Part shown: in pieces, positions 50,210 to 63,103 of the stretch
How positions within the stretch are numbered: position 1 is the stretch's first letter
How the letters are laid out: every line of letters begins with the position of its first letter
NCBI GenBank assembly: GCA_036172245.1
Contig: JAYWIR010000029.1
Span: 2,232,001 to 2,296,000 of the forward strand
From: Raillietiella orientalis
Taxonomy: Eukaryota
DNA length: 64,000 bases
Direction: 5' to 3'
Position numbers and translations under genes: made by a program
The notes under the pieces: model-generated
What the model saw: the letters and a program-made list of their open reading frames with translations, nothing else
Told to the model about the DNA's origin: nothing
The model's database searches: none

Positions 50210-53200
50210 CTAGCATGACGTTCAAGATGGAATGCCCCGCGCAATTAATAACAAGAAACGTACGTGTATACTGATTCTATCGTGTATTCTGATTAGGGCT
50301 TTTTGGGGAGGAAAAAAAAAATTTGATCTGCTACAAAAGATGGATTCTTCACCACAGTTCCTCCTTGCAATGGACCTTTTCGGATTTTGATGCAGCTCGT
50401 ATTATACACACCTAAATATCCGATTTCAAAAGCAACACCTAAAACGGCTCGGGGTAAACACCGAGTTCATGCAAAATACACAGCATTAAACAGCCTGCTG
50501 TTTAAATGAGAAAAGAAATTGCCAAGGCAATACTTTCCTTTCCTGTCTTGGATGCAATTTTACTATTTTTTACTTTTGCTTTCAGGTTCTCCCTCAAAGG
50601 ATCCATTTATTGGATGCTATTCTAATGATTCGAGTTAGAAAAAGCATTGAGGAATCCAATCGTTCAAAACAACGAAGAGCACAGGTTGGTGGAACGATGA
50701 TAACGGATGACAAGACGTATGATCTTATGGTGGAAATTCAGATTACTGCATAATTAAACGTTCTTGCTCCTGATTTATCTGAAGGCTACCAAAAGTTTCG
50801 GCAAAGATTCTCCGTTCAGTTCTGCACACAGCATGGTGCCATTTTCTGTACTTGGACTTCCTTCCATACACTCCTTTTTTTTTTTTTTTTTTTTACACCT
50901 TGAATGATGAGAGTTCCTACAGCGATAGCGCTTTGATTTACAGTTCGACTGACGTCTCCATTCTGCTCTTCAAAGATTGGGGAGGAATACGTTAATTCAG
51001 GAAACCATCACGTCCTCTCAGATCGGAAGGAACAGATCCCTCGCATGCGACCCTGAAAGTCGCACTGAACTGAATCGCCCATCGGTTCCAAGACTTGCCC
51101 TGGGTGGAACCCGGATAAGTAGGCAGGTTCCCACCGTCAGGAACAAATTCCGCGACAGTTCGGTTCAACTCTCCAGAGAACAGCACGAAGAGAAACAGAA
51201 TGTTTCACCGCCACTGCAGCAGCAGAGCACAAGCGGCTACAAGTCGGGTTCCTCGCCGCTACGCGCCACGCAATCGTTTAAATCTTAGCTGGACCACATC
51301 GAGCTAAACATCTTGTGCTCTTCGCGTCAGAAACAAGGCATTGTGCATTGTGGCCACCGAACTGCGCCATGTCGAAAACGCGGTCTACTGGGTAGATTCC
51401 ATCTTGACTCAATGTTTATTATAGATGGTCACGGTACCCAAATGAAGGAATTTTTAGATTGACAAGCTTTCCATGCTGGTCCTTGTTTCCGAGAAGTTTC
51501 GTTCCAGGCGACCTAATTTACTGTTAAAAGTTGTTCTTTCCCCATGCCTATCTTCGCCTTGATGATAACACATCGCCCGTTTCCTTAAACTCTTCAAATA
51601 GAAAATCAAATGAACCCATCGGAGTATACGATCTCCATTCGCAACAGATTTGTCGGTTCTCATTCATTGCTCCCCTTCCGAGTTTGAATTCAATCTGTGC
51701 GAGCAGCGAGTACATAACTTGCAAGAACAAATAAAAACACTGCAGCACTCAAGGATCGCAAAATACACACCATAATTACGAAATGAGAGATAATAATTGA
51801 TCTCATCTGAGAGAGTTGTTTCCGGTATCTCTTGAGTATGCTTACTCAAGGAATGCACGGATGAGATACCGCTACTAATAAGCTCTGACATGTTTGTTAC
51901 AAGATGTTGGCTCACTTTAACTTATATGCGTCAATGACAGATCGCAATGCCCGAGTCAAACACCTTGAAACAGTTTCTCAATCTGATCTCTAGAAGGAAA
52001 TTCGTACGAGGGCTTCATCTCTTGGGAAATGGACTTTCAAGAAGTCGAACATAAAACCTGACTTCGGATAAGGCATGATGAAATTAATCGCTACAGCATC
52101 ACTTGGTCATCTGAAAATGACTGACAACGAATTAAGGTAATGACGACGTCAAACGTTTTCGGATGCCAGGAGTCTGACAATCCATGACATCTGGAAACGA
52201 ATTAACCCTCCATGACTCTGTATGCTCCAAGGAGTGCACACTATATCTCAAAAATAATCACGTACTTGAATGACCCCATCGTGTTTCCTTTCTTTATTAA
52301 AAAAGAATTATTCGAGATTTAATACAGAGTAGAAAGAACCGATTACTTTTGCACTGTCTTTTTTCTTTTTACGCAAAGAATCTTTTTTCTTTTTGGAAAA
52401 AAAAAAAAAACACATGAATCTTTTCGTTCCAAGTTTGTACAGCTTGAGCATGAAATATGTCCAAAAAATGACTGCAATGACTTTTGACAACCCTGAACGG
52501 CAAAACAGCATGAAAATGCGTTTGTAAATAACTAAATAGCGTTTCGCAGGAGAAGGAAAAAAAACACCTTCGGGTTTACTTTTTAAAATTTTGATTGAAG
52601 GCAAAGAGCTGAGAAGAACTGCCTTCCCTGATCACGGAGCGAGCACACATCTGAATGCTGCAACATTCACCCTGTCTGGGAGATCACTCTTCAAGGTATG
52701 GGATTCTTCACATTACTCAAAGATTCAGCTATTACCGACCGTATGTTCCCCAATAGCATATTTACCCTGGAGATTTACATAATTCACGATCCCTTACAAA
52801 AATTTTCGACGTTACAGTCAAGTAGGTTACAGTGCTCTCTTATTTTACTTGATTTCCGTTTCGTCGTCAAGCACGATCGGCACAGAACGACTGGATGGAA
52901 CACGGATGTGTTTGCAGAAAACACAGCATCCTTTCAATCAAGGAAAAATCCCCTTTACTGCCTCCAACGATTACAGTGAATGGCGAATCGGTACGGGAAT
53001 CACCTATCAGCACAGTCGACCATATCATATTCAATCAAATTCAAGCGATCGAGGTCACTGCCTCTGGTGTTTGCGTAATGTGTACTGTTAATGGAGGATC
53101 TAAATAACATTGAAAGATTAACATCACGTGCGATAAACAGCTATAACTGACATTCAAATGTACACATAAAAAAGAACTTTCCTCAGCTTCCACCAAGGAA

Positions 53201-54555
53201 AGTTCACAGAAACAACCGCATGGGTAAAAAAATTAAAAAAAAAAAAAAAAAAAAAAAAACTGTGAAGGATACATACAGAGAATTAAAGAGAAAAGTTGTA
53301 AACAAACTGTCCCTCCTGAGATGACTTCATCGAGAGTGCGGAAACTCGTATACTGCACAGTGCTCAGCGAGGCAGATTTCAAACACTCAGAATGTTTGGG
53401 ACTTTGGAGATAACATTGGAAACACTGTGCACCAGTTGAAATCCCCATGAATTTTTGCCAACTTTGCGCAATCAAAACTTTTTCGGATTACTACGATTCA
53501 AATTGCAATTTTCCGTTACCCTGTGGGATTGTAAGTGTCGAGTAGGATGCACTGCTGACCCTTTGATGGCACGTAAACGGAACACTTTTCCTTTTTAATC
53601 GATTTTCCGTGTTTATCTTTCCCTGTGGACACTCGCCACGAATATCTGTTTAACGAAGTTCTTATTTGAAATCCACAGAATCAGTATTTTGCCGCTTTGT
53701 CGTATGCAAAGACACCGGATACACCCGGCGGGCACAAAAGACAATTTTGAGAAACAAGCTATCAACGTAAAACAAACTTCGGGGTAAAAAGGATTATACG
53801 GTGCTTACAGCTATCAGAGAATCAGCGATTCGTTAGAAGTTTTGATCAAATTTGAGAAAAACAGCTATTGTAATCAGCTGCTCTAAATCTAAACATGTAC
53901 TCTAGAGCTGCATGAACGTTATTGACTGATAAGATAATACCATTTGATCATTGAAGTAGTGTTTACATTTTTATGATATGAATGAGATTGCAAACATTTA
54001 CAATGTCGGTACAAATAAAATGCTTACTAAGAATCCTTACCAGATCTTTGCTTGCTGAAAGATCAGCACCTAAAAAACAAATGATGATCAGCAAGAAACT
54101 CATTGCCAAAAACCGTGAAAACAATTAATTAATTACTTCAATATGAACAGAAGCTGTATTCGCGCAATGAATGGAATGGCATTCCATCAAATCGTTTATG
54201 ACTAAGAAATTGCACTGCTGGGAATGCAGCTGAGAATGCGAGCATGTGAGTTGGAATTTCCAGAAAGGTTAAAGATTAATCCTATTCATGCTGGCAGCTA
54301 CCATTATGGCAGCAAACACTACGAATAACACAGAAGAAACTGCTCCTAGAGACACGGACGTCATCAGGATCAAAATGCAATCCAGGATACACCGCGAATG
54401 CCCGCAATTGCAAAACAGACCAAAGGATGCAACAGTCATCGTAAAAAAATTGGAATGCTGAGTGGCAACTTGCACACAGAAAGGCTTAAAAACATGTTTG
54501 TACTTGTCAAAAACTTTCGTGGCAACTTGAATATTTTCTCTCTCGATTCCAACAG

Positions 54556-54834
54556 CAGATAAGGCAAGGCACACTGAATATCAATGACTCTCTGACATCA
54601 ACCATTCAAACTAACACTGCTGCAGTGACATCGAGATACTCGCCATGGAAACGAACCGAAAAACTATTAGAAATCATAGGAACCACCATAATCGCGCTTG
54701 CGTTGGAATGCAAAAGACTACTAAAACGAATGCCTCCTGATGGCACGCCGAGAGATGCGTGCACGATGAGGGCGTTCAGAAAAGCCCACGACTTGGAAGA
54801 CTTTTCGAAACACGGCAGCATCCTTCTTGAATGA
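54556..54834 (+). CDS. Possible terminal exon of a gene nested antisense within the ZIP gene
   Basis: Pyrimidine tract plus CAG at 54555, ~92 open codons to TGA, and AATAAA at 54841. No recognisable domain. Confidence 0.25.
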   Translation, partial: QIRQGTLNINDSLTSTIQTNTAAVTSRYSPWKRTEKLLEIIGTTIIALALECKRLLKRMPPDGTPRDACTMRAFRKAHDLEDFSKHGSILLE

Positions 54835-57800
54835 TTCGAAAATAAAATGAATTCCGAGTTGGACAAGATTTTGCCGCACAACCGGAAAACATCTCGACTC
54901 GCTTAACACGAAGACGCTCCGAGGAGATTCCAGTACTATACAATTTCCGCTAATGATTTACGGCTCTGTACCGTTTCCTCAACTATTGAGCCAACGCATC
55001 TCTCAGAAGAAGAAGAAGAAGAAAAAAAACAGCTCAACAGCTGTGGAACCTCATCGCAGCAAAGTCGTGATGCGCCAAAAAGGAACACAGGAGATCTTGA
55101 ATCCCTAGCATCTTCTCTTCATTTGCAATTGTGAAAACCTGGGAACTCGACTTTCCAAAGGAATAGAATGAAGGCTGTTGCAACAGCATCACTTTACTCA
55201 GTTGGAAAGTCTTCACGCATTAATGAAGCTTCGACTGCTCTTTCTTTTCACGCTGATCGGAATTGCAGTCTTTGAAGCTACCTTTGTAATCTAATAGAAA
55301 AGGAAGGAAAAAAATATATATATATATCTGATAAATGTACTTCAGGGGATTTGCAACGTGTTATCAGTTCTCCCTTGATTACCGAGATTGCTTTTGGAAT
55401 ATTAGGAGATTATCTTTCTTGCATTCTTTGCAATTACCCAAAATAGCTGCTCCTATTTCTAAAGGACTATCTAACACAGATTACAAACTCGGAACAATTC
55501 CCATTAGCTAGACGTTGAATTTTTTGTGTATTCCACAAACGCTATTATTAACTCGCAAACATGTGTGGAGTTTAGCTTTTTTTTTTTTTTTTTTCCATCT
55601 TTTTCTTTTCCTTCAACAGCTCGCTCCAGTGATTTGTCTGCATATCTCCCCCCCCCCCCCCCCCTTTCTTTTGGAACAGTTGCTTTTGAAAGTTACTGGT
55701 ATCGGCAGAGAAGCTATTTGCTCTCAAGTACTTCACTTATGACCCAAAAACATTCAGTTTGTGCCTGCAGTGATAGTGTACGAACATTTCTATCCCGTTT
55801 AAGTAGATGAATTTGGTCTCTGCTTAGACTATTTTCCTCATTCTTGCAACGATCCCCATTTTCTGTAAAGAAAAAAAAAAAAAAAAACATAATAATTGGG
55901 TGACGCGTACTGACAAACCTTCGGTGAATAGCTACGGCAAGGTGGGAAATTACACTGATCCATTATGACTATGAGATGTCATTAAGTTTTTGCTTCCTTG
56001 TGCATTTATGAGAACTTGAAATACGAAGCACATGAATTCATCAATACAGGATGCACTTCATCAACTGCTAACTATGCGAACATGATTTCCAGAGTTACCG
56101 ATTAGAAAAATGACTAAATAATAAGATATACTTTGTATTATAGTTCATCCACCAGAACGACTGTTTAGACTACAAATACTGAGCTTCTTTGTACTGATAG
56201 AGCATAAATAGATACTCCTCATGTCCACTGTCTCTTGTGTCATTTAAAAGATTTACTAAAGCAGCATGAAGAGTCTCAATAATTTTCTCTATGCTGCTAA
56301 CTTTTTCCGATCTCAGTGTACGGTTTTCGTGTACCAATGGATTTGAAACAAATTGAAATGCCTGTAAAGAGCGAAACTCATGACAACCAATGCAATACAT
56401 TGTACTTCATTGAAACACCGAGCAGACACACCACTGCGAATCAAAACTGACAGCACATGTGTTTGGTCCGCTCCCGAATAGACATACCGCTGCCTTCTGA
56501 GAATGTTTGTTCACGCAAATCAACACCTTCTTCATTCTCCCCTCTCTTCAGCCTCGTGCCGTCATAATGAACGAGCCGTTAGCAGCTCGCACATGATTAG
56601 GAAATGTAAATGATTAATGATAATTAACAATCTTCGACATGTCCCAATCAAAACGGTGATGCGAGCCCAGCACTGACTGCCAGTTAATCTTCCTAAACAG
56701 AAACAGCAGGGAAAACCCATCTCCGACTGCCTAGGAAATCCTGTTCATCCCGAGAGCACCAGCGTACGAGCACATGGAACTGGACCCGTCCATTTGTGTA
56801 AATATGTCGCAGTTAATCATCCAGTTCATCTCTCCTCGTATAGATGTGTACGCAGATGGGGAGAGGGTAACGAGAAAACCCAAAACATCGGGAGGTGAAG
56901 TGTTAATCCTTACTTTCGACAAGTAAAGGAAACCAAGTCCGGGTTCTCATGTGAAACCACAAACTCTTAAGTCTGTGTCGATTCGTGATGCTGCCTCAAA
57001 CACGCAGTTTTCGTAAAATTAACCACAGCCTTCCGATGAGTCCTAATGAGACTTCTGAAGATGAAAAAAAAAAGCTAAGAAGGAACCTTCTAAGTAATAA
57101 TCACTAAAAAAGGATCACGCTACTTCTCCTGGAGGCGCACTTGGAAACAGCGTAATCCGTTCTTTGGGACAAACAAAAAAGTCGCTCAAGCCAAACTTGT
57201 TCAGATGAATCCCATTTGATTCAGCTTTAAATCATCGCCGTCCTACAACTCGTCAACATGAAATGTTCTGACTGCATAGTTTGATACGCCTCTTTACGCA
57301 TAATGTGAGCTTATTTAGTGATGGAACTAAGAGGCTATATTCAGGGAGTCCTTCCACGGGCAGCAGAGTTGACTCGAGAAACGTGAGTGCTGGATTGAAA
57401 AGAAAAAAACACGTCACACGACCTTGTGTGCAGGGAATCATTGCCACCGACGAACCGTGCATGTAATTTGTTCATGAGACGAAACACGAAATATGACGTC
57501 AAATATGACCACCGAAGAGGATTTCGGTTCATGTGTGGCAACAGTGTTACGGATGAGAACGTCAGTAGTGCACACGGTGCAATGCCGCAGACAGCATTAC
57601 ATCACGTGCACAATACTTAATACTCAGCAGACATAAACATGAGAAAAAAGAAAAAAAGGGTAGGGAGGGGGGGGGAAGGAAAGAAAAATTCGAACTTTCT
57701 GTACACATTGAAATGATGCGCAGAATCGGGAGAACGACTACAAAAGTTGAAGCTCGTCTTGACTGATGTGAAAACAACGGAAGGTGATTCCTGCTTCGGA

Positions 57801-58380
57801 GAAGATCGAAATGGAAAATCGAAAGGTGCTTTACGGCTTGTTGATCCAACGACCCCGTCACGAGAAACCCGAAAGCGCAGCGCGAACCCGAAGCAGAAAC
57901 ACCCCGAACAGCAGCAGCCGAACTGAGGTAGCTAAAAGGGAGTTTCGGTAATGACTACATGGAAGGTATGGATGCACCCCGAACACGGAATACAACCACA
58001 TCTCGTTCGATCAACCAGCTGGAGAAACACCGGGGTAATTTCGTAATTGCTTGAAGGACCGACTTTTTGCCGTCTCCCACTCCTGTGAATATCACCCGCA
58101 AGAGGGTCGTGGGGATGAAAGAATACTTGATCACTGGGAAAAGCGTTAACAACGAACCTAAAATTAAAGGCAGGAATATTCCTGGACTAGTCTTATGGTG
58201 ACAACTTGAAAGCCACACGAACAGACAACATGACGGCGCACCGATTTAGACCGCGGGAGCTGCACTGCGTAGAGCCCAGACTACTGGAAAAGCAAAGTGG
58301 TGGTCCCTGGATTCACTTTGACTGATCGCAAAAGAGAAATAGGAAATGAAGGCAATATTCGAAAGGTCGGCGCTACTTAC

Positions 58381-58773
58381 TTTTGTCGTTCGATTCTGGG
58401 AGTGCGTTAGGGCTCTTCACAGAACTGGATTTGTGATCGGGCTCCAGAAAATCTATAAAGAAAAGGTCATCCTGGCTCGCTTTGCAGGCTCTCCCCTGTG
58501 CTACTTGCCGTGAACGTGGTGGGATTCGGGATGGTGGTGCGTCGACTTGAAACAAAACTGCAGGGTACGAACCAAGTTCGCGAAAGACATCATATTCATA
58601 GTGCCATTGATGCCATATCTTGCAACCAAGAACTCGGAATAGACAACGGGATTTTCAGGCAAACTCGGACTACGTGAGTTGTTGATAACATTCTGTTTCG
58701 TTTGATAGAGAAGTTGACAGTTGTCCACAAGCAGAATTCCAATACAGATACTGAAAATAAGGCACGACGTCAT
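58381..58773 (-). CDS. SLC39A10: 5' exons of the same ZIP6/ZIP10-like gene (signal peptide and N-terminal ectodomain)
   Basis: ATG at 58773, hydrophobic signal (CLIFSICIGILLV), YSEFLVARYGINGTMNMMSFANLVRTL resembling the ZIP6/10 N-terminal LFxRYGxNxSLSxEGFxKLL motif, then His-rich HHHPESHHVH. Exons 58773-58509 and 58452-58381 (GTAAGT donor). Exons between 58380 and 50210 are not resolved. Confidence 0.8.
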
Positions 58774-61550
58774 ATCAAGCTTTTTACTAAGCTCTGGTGC
58801 TCTGTATCAGAAGTGTTGGCTTCATGCTGAACGCATTGATACGAAATACTTTTAGGGCTGGATTTGAAACGAGAATTCTTCATATGGTAAAATGAGCTGC
58901 ACAACTGAGACATAACGTGAAAAAAAACGAATGTGTCACACAAGCTTCATTACGCTGAGCTCCGCTTCTCAAACGACCAACCATGTGCTAAAATATATAC
59001 ATACATATACATTAGATGTTGTATACAACATAAATCGCATGACAACAAAGACGAATAACCGGAAGAGCGAGCGAGCAAAGAACAGTCGATATGCAAATTT
59101 TTGGAATCGCTTGCTTGAAACTTTTATAGGTTTTATGAGGAGATTCGGAAGTATTTTGAGTTTAGCACAATTAGCACAGTGACAACATAAAGTCGATTCA
59201 CAAGAGAGGCTTAGCAAATGGTAGGAAGGAAGGACATTCTTCTGCTTTACCATGAAGGAACAATGCAACAAGATGCGACGGAGACGCAGCAACCACATTC
59301 TTACAAGACGTATTTCCTCTCCAGAAGAAGAAAAAAACCCAGTTGCGTTGATTCCGTGCACACAAGGTAAAAGCATGTACAACAGGTGTACGAATAACGT
59401 GGAAACTTTCAATCAAACAACCTCACTCGGAGCTTGGAAAGCATTTTTTTTCTGGAGTGTAACAACTTGGTTACTGCCATTGGAATAACCAAGTTGCAAA
59501 CTTTTGCTAATCGAAGTGAAATTACGCCCTGAATTAAAGGATTTAAAAATCAAAAAAACAAACAAACAAAGGAAAGGAAGAAACGCTGAAGCGTTTCCTT
59601 TCTTGAGGTTTAGATTCTTTACCTGACTACCAGTGATGTTCAAAGACCATGTTCCTTGCCGTCATTCACAATTTAAGTAAAACCCGATCTGCTGAACTCT
59701 AAATCGAGGCTGATGAGACAAGAATTATGAGATACCCTTTCCTGTTCTTCAGCACAAGGAAGGAAACTGCACGTGATCCTTCCATGCAAAATAACGGTAT
59801 TTACAACGCGCTCGCCAGCACTGTGAATTCCTGGAATTTAAAGTGGAACTGAGGGTCCCCATGTGCACATTGATGAAGGCTGTCGTTTTAAAGGTGCACG
59901 AAACGACAAAGCATAACGTGTTGCAAGCATAAGGCGTGGCAACAAGTAGGCAACCACATGCAACCACCTTGAAGAGGAAAACCACTCGAAGAAAAAAAAA
60001 AAAAAAAAACGGGAAAAAAGGGAAGGAAATGAACGTGAAAAACGCGATACATTTACAGAAAGAGGAAGATTAAGCATTAAAAGCTGAAATTTGGGAAATC
60101 GAAGACAATTCAGATCAACACGCAGGCTTCATTACCATGGTCCACGCCCACAAATAAACACACTGAACCGGTTAATGGAAGTTGGGCTCGCCATTTCGAG
60201 TGGACGAAAACTTCAACCGGTGCACACAACGTGCAAGATCGTCCGAGAAAACCTGCGCCATGTTTACTTGTTTAAAATTCGGAAGACCATTGCAAACTGA
60301 ATCGAAAGACATATTCCCTAAAAACAGGTGGCAGAAATGACTTTATAATGAGCACAATACGAGCACCTCTGATCGTTCTTGCCGGTGTGTTCGGAACGCA
60401 CAGAAGTCCCTATTCATATGAAGAAGATGCCACAGAAGAACCTGCTGATTATTCCCAGCTGAAAATACCGAATCGAATGCTAACACGAAAAAGGGGAAAT
60501 CTCCTGCCTCACTAAAGAAACAACTACGATGGAATGTGTAGAGATGTTCTTACCAGTAGTTCGTGACCGTGTTAAATTTGCTCGTGCCCACGCGAAACGA
60601 AAAGTAATAATAATAACAACATTCGCAACCAATCCCATCATTAATATCTCGAGGAATTAATAACATAAATAATCAACAGTTTGCGAACCACAAGCGCAAT
60701 TAGCCCATATGCAATCCGAAAATACCCCATGATCATACTGGACCAAAATTATTGATAAAGGGGGGTCTTCAGACCCATAATGATGAGGATTCAAATGCAC
60801 TTTTTCCTCTGTGTTATTCTTGTGTATTTCACGAACCTCTCTGACCATATTTCGGGGTCGTCACTTCGACGATTCGCCTTCGAATCTTTCATTGGTAAAA
60901 AATCCCGAAGTTGGTCCAAAAGTTTCTTACAAGTTTTTAAAACAGCAGAAACAAAAAACCCGATTATTTATTATATTTTACGCTAAAGTTGTAAGTTGAT
61001 ACGATAAGTATTAGCAACAACTCCAAACGAAAGAAGCACATGTTTAAAACAATTTCAGAGAGATGGTATGTACGAGCATTCCCTCTTTCCAACGATAAGA
61101 ACTTTTTCTCAAATTCTTTGCGATTCGCCATTTCGACAATCCTCAGATCGGTAGAGCACACTTTTATGATCTAAACGATTCTTTCCTGCATACCCCTTTC
61201 CTGTTCTAACCAAAAAAGTGGTGCAGGTGTTAATTCTGGCACTACTCGCCCTGGCAAGCAACCATTCCATGATCAAAGGCGCTCTGCATCAATCTGTATC
61301 CATCCCACCTGCAAATCACATTTCTTTCCTGCCCAGGTGTAGGATCTACTAATAATTCCCTAACTTTTGTGATTTGCATCTCTGACCACTGCAACAAGCC
61401 TCATGCTTTGGAGTCATTACAAGGTATGGCATTATTAAGTTCATTTTTTTTCACCATTGCAATTTATGCTTTTGCTTGCACATTGCATCTGTTGGAATAT
61501 GTTTCGTATGAACAGCAGCATTCCGTTGACTGATTTCTAAGGAATGGGCC

Positions 61551-61668
61551 CATCCGTTTGACGTCTACCAAGACCGTCTTCCGAAGTCAGTGCTCAAGAC
61601 TTGACGGCAACGGAGGCTCATCCGTTTGACGTCTACCAAGACCGTCTTCCGAAGTCAGTGCTCAAGAC
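61551..61668. repeat. Perfect 50-nt direct duplication with 18-nt spacer
   Basis: 61551-61600 is identical to 61619-61668. Confidence 0.95.
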
Positions 61669-62777
61669 CGATAGGTGCATCGTATGAAAAAAACTTTATA
61701 AAATTTATACACAGCACGTCCTTCACATGTGTTAGTCTGGGATGAAGTCTACGAGCATGGGATTGGGCATTTTTCGGATCAAGGTCAATGGGGAGTCCCA
61801 CAGAGTTGCGCATTTGTCCAAATACGAAAGAAGTTGGCCAATTAATTGAAACCGTGCTGCATACTATTTAATGCCGTACTCTGCTGAGTCAATCTTCTAC
61901 GGCTGCAGCAGCTACATTATATGAAATAAAAATGTTTCACTTTGGTTAGATAGCAAAGGGACAGTAATCAGCCACACGTAAAGCGTAACCGTAAGGCTGG
62001 TTCGTGACGATGTCTTTGCCGGTACGTGACGACATCGCACAGAGGGATCATCGGAAAAGCATCCGAGATTCCCTTGGAACCGAAGATCATCGACTTCCCG
62101 GAACAACGGGAACCGCAAAGAAATCCAAAAAGTACGCGTTCACTATGGAAACTGCAAGAGGATGTTTGCCTACGTGAAGTACGAAACGTACGTGGTGCAC
62201 AAGGGGAAACTCCTCGTGCGCACCTCCTGAGGGTCGACCTATTTGCAAAAAAGTGGGTACCTTACCAGCTCATGACTGCAAATCGTTAGGCCCGCATCCT
62301 CGGATGGTACACTTGGCGCACGCTGGAAGCACGAATGAAAGACGAGAGCGATGCTCTTTGCAAAGAGTTGAGCTGCCTGCAAACGATTTCCTCCGAATTT
62401 TGCGACACGGAAATCGGAAACTGGAATATTTCTTTTGCGATAAGGTGAAGCATTAACTTGGAAGTACTTGAACCGACATGCCATTTTTTTTTTTTTTTTG
62501 AGGGGGGGGGGAATGCATACCCAATACATAGGACACTTTCGTTAATGCAGTACATAGTAAGCTTCAAAGATTCAGTATAAATAACTCTGTGCCCAATTAG
62601 GCTCGAAGAAAAAATTTCTGCAAGAATCCATAGTCATTTTGCAAAAGTACATTAGCTTAAAGATTTATCCGATTTTTTTTTTCTCCCTCTCTCTCTCCTC
62701 CCCCCGACCAGATGCATTAAGATACACCGTTTCATGCCCTGAAAGAATTTTGGAGAAGACGAGTTGTTCTGAAGGAT

Positions 62778-62818
62778 TTCTTCTTCTTCTTCTTCTTCTT
62801 CTTCTTCTTCTTCTTCTT
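62778..62818. repeat. (TTC)n microsatellite, ~13 units
   Basis: Read directly; lies ~290 nt upstream of the ZnT ATG. Confidence 0.95.
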
Positions 62819-63103
62819 GTCCCCCCCCCTCTCCATTCGAAAGTCAATTTCCGTAAATAAAGATTACCGTAAATGCATTACGTACTTACGCTTTTGCTCG
62901 AACCGATGCTTACGTATTCATTAAAACGAAGCACCATCCATTAAACAGTCCGATTTTGCACTCAAAGCGTTTCCGTTAGCTCACGGTAAAAAACTGCAAC
63001 GCGTGCAAGATAATGCAAATGGCGTCCGAGATAGAGCCGAATCCAAATAACGACACCTACGCCGACTTGTGTAGCATCCAATTGGTAGGAATTACTAGTA
63101 GTC

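Noticed and set aside
50585..50855. WSC-domain-like fragments (FIGCY, FCTQHG)
   Set aside because: Too short, interrupted by stops and not joinable with confidence.
54270..54834. Viral envelope-like glycoprotein remnant
   Set aside because: Based only on loose Cys spacing across stops and frames; no LTR or pol context.
57032..57066. Hammerhead-like ccgatgagtcc...gaaa
   Set aside because: Core is CCGATGA rather than CTGATGA, and stem II does not close next to GAAA.
58969..59412. 147-aa hydrophobic ORF upstream of ZIP
   Set aside because: Non-ATG start in a T-rich strand, no motif; likely UTR or intron sequence.
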